Positions 62,296 to 64,000 of a stretch of 64,000 bases of DNA are shown piece by piece. Numbering within the stretch: the stretch's first letter is position 1; each line of letters opens with the position of its first letter. A model generated the notes under the pieces. It worked only from the letters and a program-made list of their open reading frames with translations. It searched no databases and was not told the origin of the DNA. The DNA is from Phaeosaccion multiseriatum (Eukaryota; Protista; Ochrophyta, other classes), in NCBI GenBank assembly GCA_965112735.1, contig OZ218953.1, forward strand, positions 1,922,001 to 1,986,000, in the 5' to 3' direction. The translations under genes were made by a program, and so were the position numbers.

Positions 62296-64000
62296 TTAGC
62301 CCTCGAGGTCGTGTCCCTCTGACTCATCAGTTCTTCCCATTGGAACAAAGTTGATACCAGCCAGGATCCTGTGGCGAACCGATCGTTCGTGTCGGGCCCG
62401 CTGGAGCGCTACGGCTAATCGTCGCCGAATGACGCAAACAGCCCTCGCATAAGCCCTCGTGTCAAGATGTTCGTGCCCCCCAGCCATGTGGGTGGCGAGT
62501 GTTTTGATAAACATCTGTGCTGACGGGCCAAATGCACCTTGCTGTTCTATTGCAAAAGGGACAAGGTGGTACCGCGTGGGGTCATAGTGGATGTCCCCAC
62601 CCTGGCCTTCCATGCCTACCTGTGGCACCCCATACCTGGTCCGCTTGGTCGCTTCAGCCTTCTTGGCTGCCGCGAGTGCCTCCTTCGATGCCTTGGCCCG
62701 GTTGGTGGTGTTGGCGGCATCTGTGAGCGTGACGTCGATCATGAGGGACTTGTGGCCGTCGCCATATTCATGATCGGACGGAAGCTCAAACATCCTGGGG
62801 GGAGTCACGATGTCGATCTCCATCTGCTTGGCCACGTGGGCGTCACTCCTCACGGCGTTGCTCCCCCCTCTCCCTCGTCGCGGGGTGACCGTTCTTGCCC
62901 TCATGAAGAAGGGGAAGCCGGTGTTCTGGACGATCCCTCTGCCCAGGCCCTGGCTCTTCAGCAGGGTGACAAGTGCCTTCTGCACAGCGTCGTGTTGGGG
63001 TGTGCTGAGCCCCGTCTTGGTGCAGGTGACGATGTGCCCCTCCGTCAGCGCCTTGCCAGAGCACTTATGACAGTCCTTGCTGTAGGTGGGGTCAAAGCCA
63101 AGTCTTCGCCGAATGGCACTCTTGTGCTCGGCGCCGGTCAGGTGGAGTGCTCCCCCTGCCGTCTTGGTCGGCTGAAGGTGGAGCCACGCACCAGCACCCT
63201 TCACGCTGTGGCTGAGGGCTCTGGCCAGGTACTTCTCCCGTTGGACCTGCTGTGGGATGGCTTTTAGTCGTTCCAAGAAGTCCGCCCTCGCCTTCGACGT
63301 GAGGAGCTTGGTGTAACGCTTCTGGGCGCCTCGCCGCTCTCCGTGTCGGCTGTGTGGAATGGAGGGTCCTCCCTCGTCCAACATCTTGGTCTCCTCTGAC
63401 CGCCAGCGTGGCCGGCCGTCCTCATCATCGTCATCACCACCGCCTGGTTCCACGTCATGCTCATCCTCCGGGGCTGCGTCACTGCCACCATCTGGGTCTT
63501 CGTCACGTTCACCCTGTGGGTCGTCCTGGCTCTCCCCCCCTGGGTCTGCCGCGCTATCAGAGGTTGGTCCATCTGCGGTCCCCTGCTGCCCTGCAGCCGC
63601 GTCGCACCCTTCCGCACCCACCCCAGGGTGTATCCCTGCGGCCCCAACATTATCACCTTCGTGTAAGTCTGCTCCTTCACCCCCAGATTGTGTCTCATCC
63701 CCCCCGGGGGCATCACTCGCAGCCGGTTGGTCCCCTCTGCCACCGACAGGTGTGTGCCCTTCATGCTCTGGGGTGTCGTCTCTCTCCGGGAAGAGCGTGG
63801 TGATCAGCCATGGCTCTCTCCATCTGTTGTCACTGAGGTGGGAGATGATTGGCGCCGCGCTGTACAGGGATGCTGTGATTGCCCATGGGGGGAGGTCACA
63901 GTATGTGGGCCCGAGCGCCCCTGGCAGCAAGCCTCCCCCCTTGGGGAGGAGAAGGGCCTCCGGTCTGCTGATGTGGCCGTGGGCGAGCAACACAGCCCAT
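62296..64000 (-). mobile_element. 3' part of an RLE-type non-LTR retrotransposon ORF (CRE-like clade); RT domain expected beyond the right edge
   Basis: Intronless ORF lacking host-type microsatellites. GAGAWL, AIRRRLG, CCHC knuckle CHKC-x8-H-x3-C, (Q)HD, DIV...LMIDVT, AEATKRTRY, LVPFAIEQQGAFG and LAVALQR match the restriction-like endonuclease C-terminus. Confidence 0.82.

Noticed and set aside
1-64000. Hundreds of overlapping poly-P/L/S/R/C ORFs in the six-frame track
   Set aside because: They are antisense or off-frame shadows of microsatellites and real exons in GC-rich DNA and carry no domain motifs.

Overview
Gene-dense, GC-rich eukaryotic nuclear DNA with short GT-AG introns and abundant microsatellites in both introns and exons. 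The host is probably a photosynthetic stramenopile (ochrophyte); this is inferred from a bipartite plastid-targeting-like presequence and the gene complement. I hand-assembled 14 protein-coding gene models: NPRL3 (runs off the left edge), a LOA1/VPS66-like acyltransferase, a large IQ-motif protein, a Sec23/Sec24-family protein, RPB10, a putative plastid Zn-ribbon/AT-hook protein, a G-protein gamma-like protein, a CDKL-like kinase fused to a HECT domain, a DUF4787-like protein, an atypical haspin-like kinase, a DUF445 membrane protein, UTP20, an Hpt phosphotransfer protein and a PqqB-like metallo-beta-lactamase. There is also a pair of MITE-like inverted-repeat elements and the 3' end of an RLE-type (CRE-like) non-LTR retrotransposon at the right edge. 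The strongest leads are (1) a 15-bp motif, CAGTTGGTGATACAG, recurring within CAG microsatellites in unrelated genes in two reading frames and in an intron; (2) a possible spliced fusion of the PqqB-like hydrolase with the Hpt domain; and (3) a kinase-HECT fusion whose HECT domain is not C-terminal, lying head-to-head with the G-gamma gene. Family assignments are from motif recognition, not database searches, and exon boundaries are unverified predictions.
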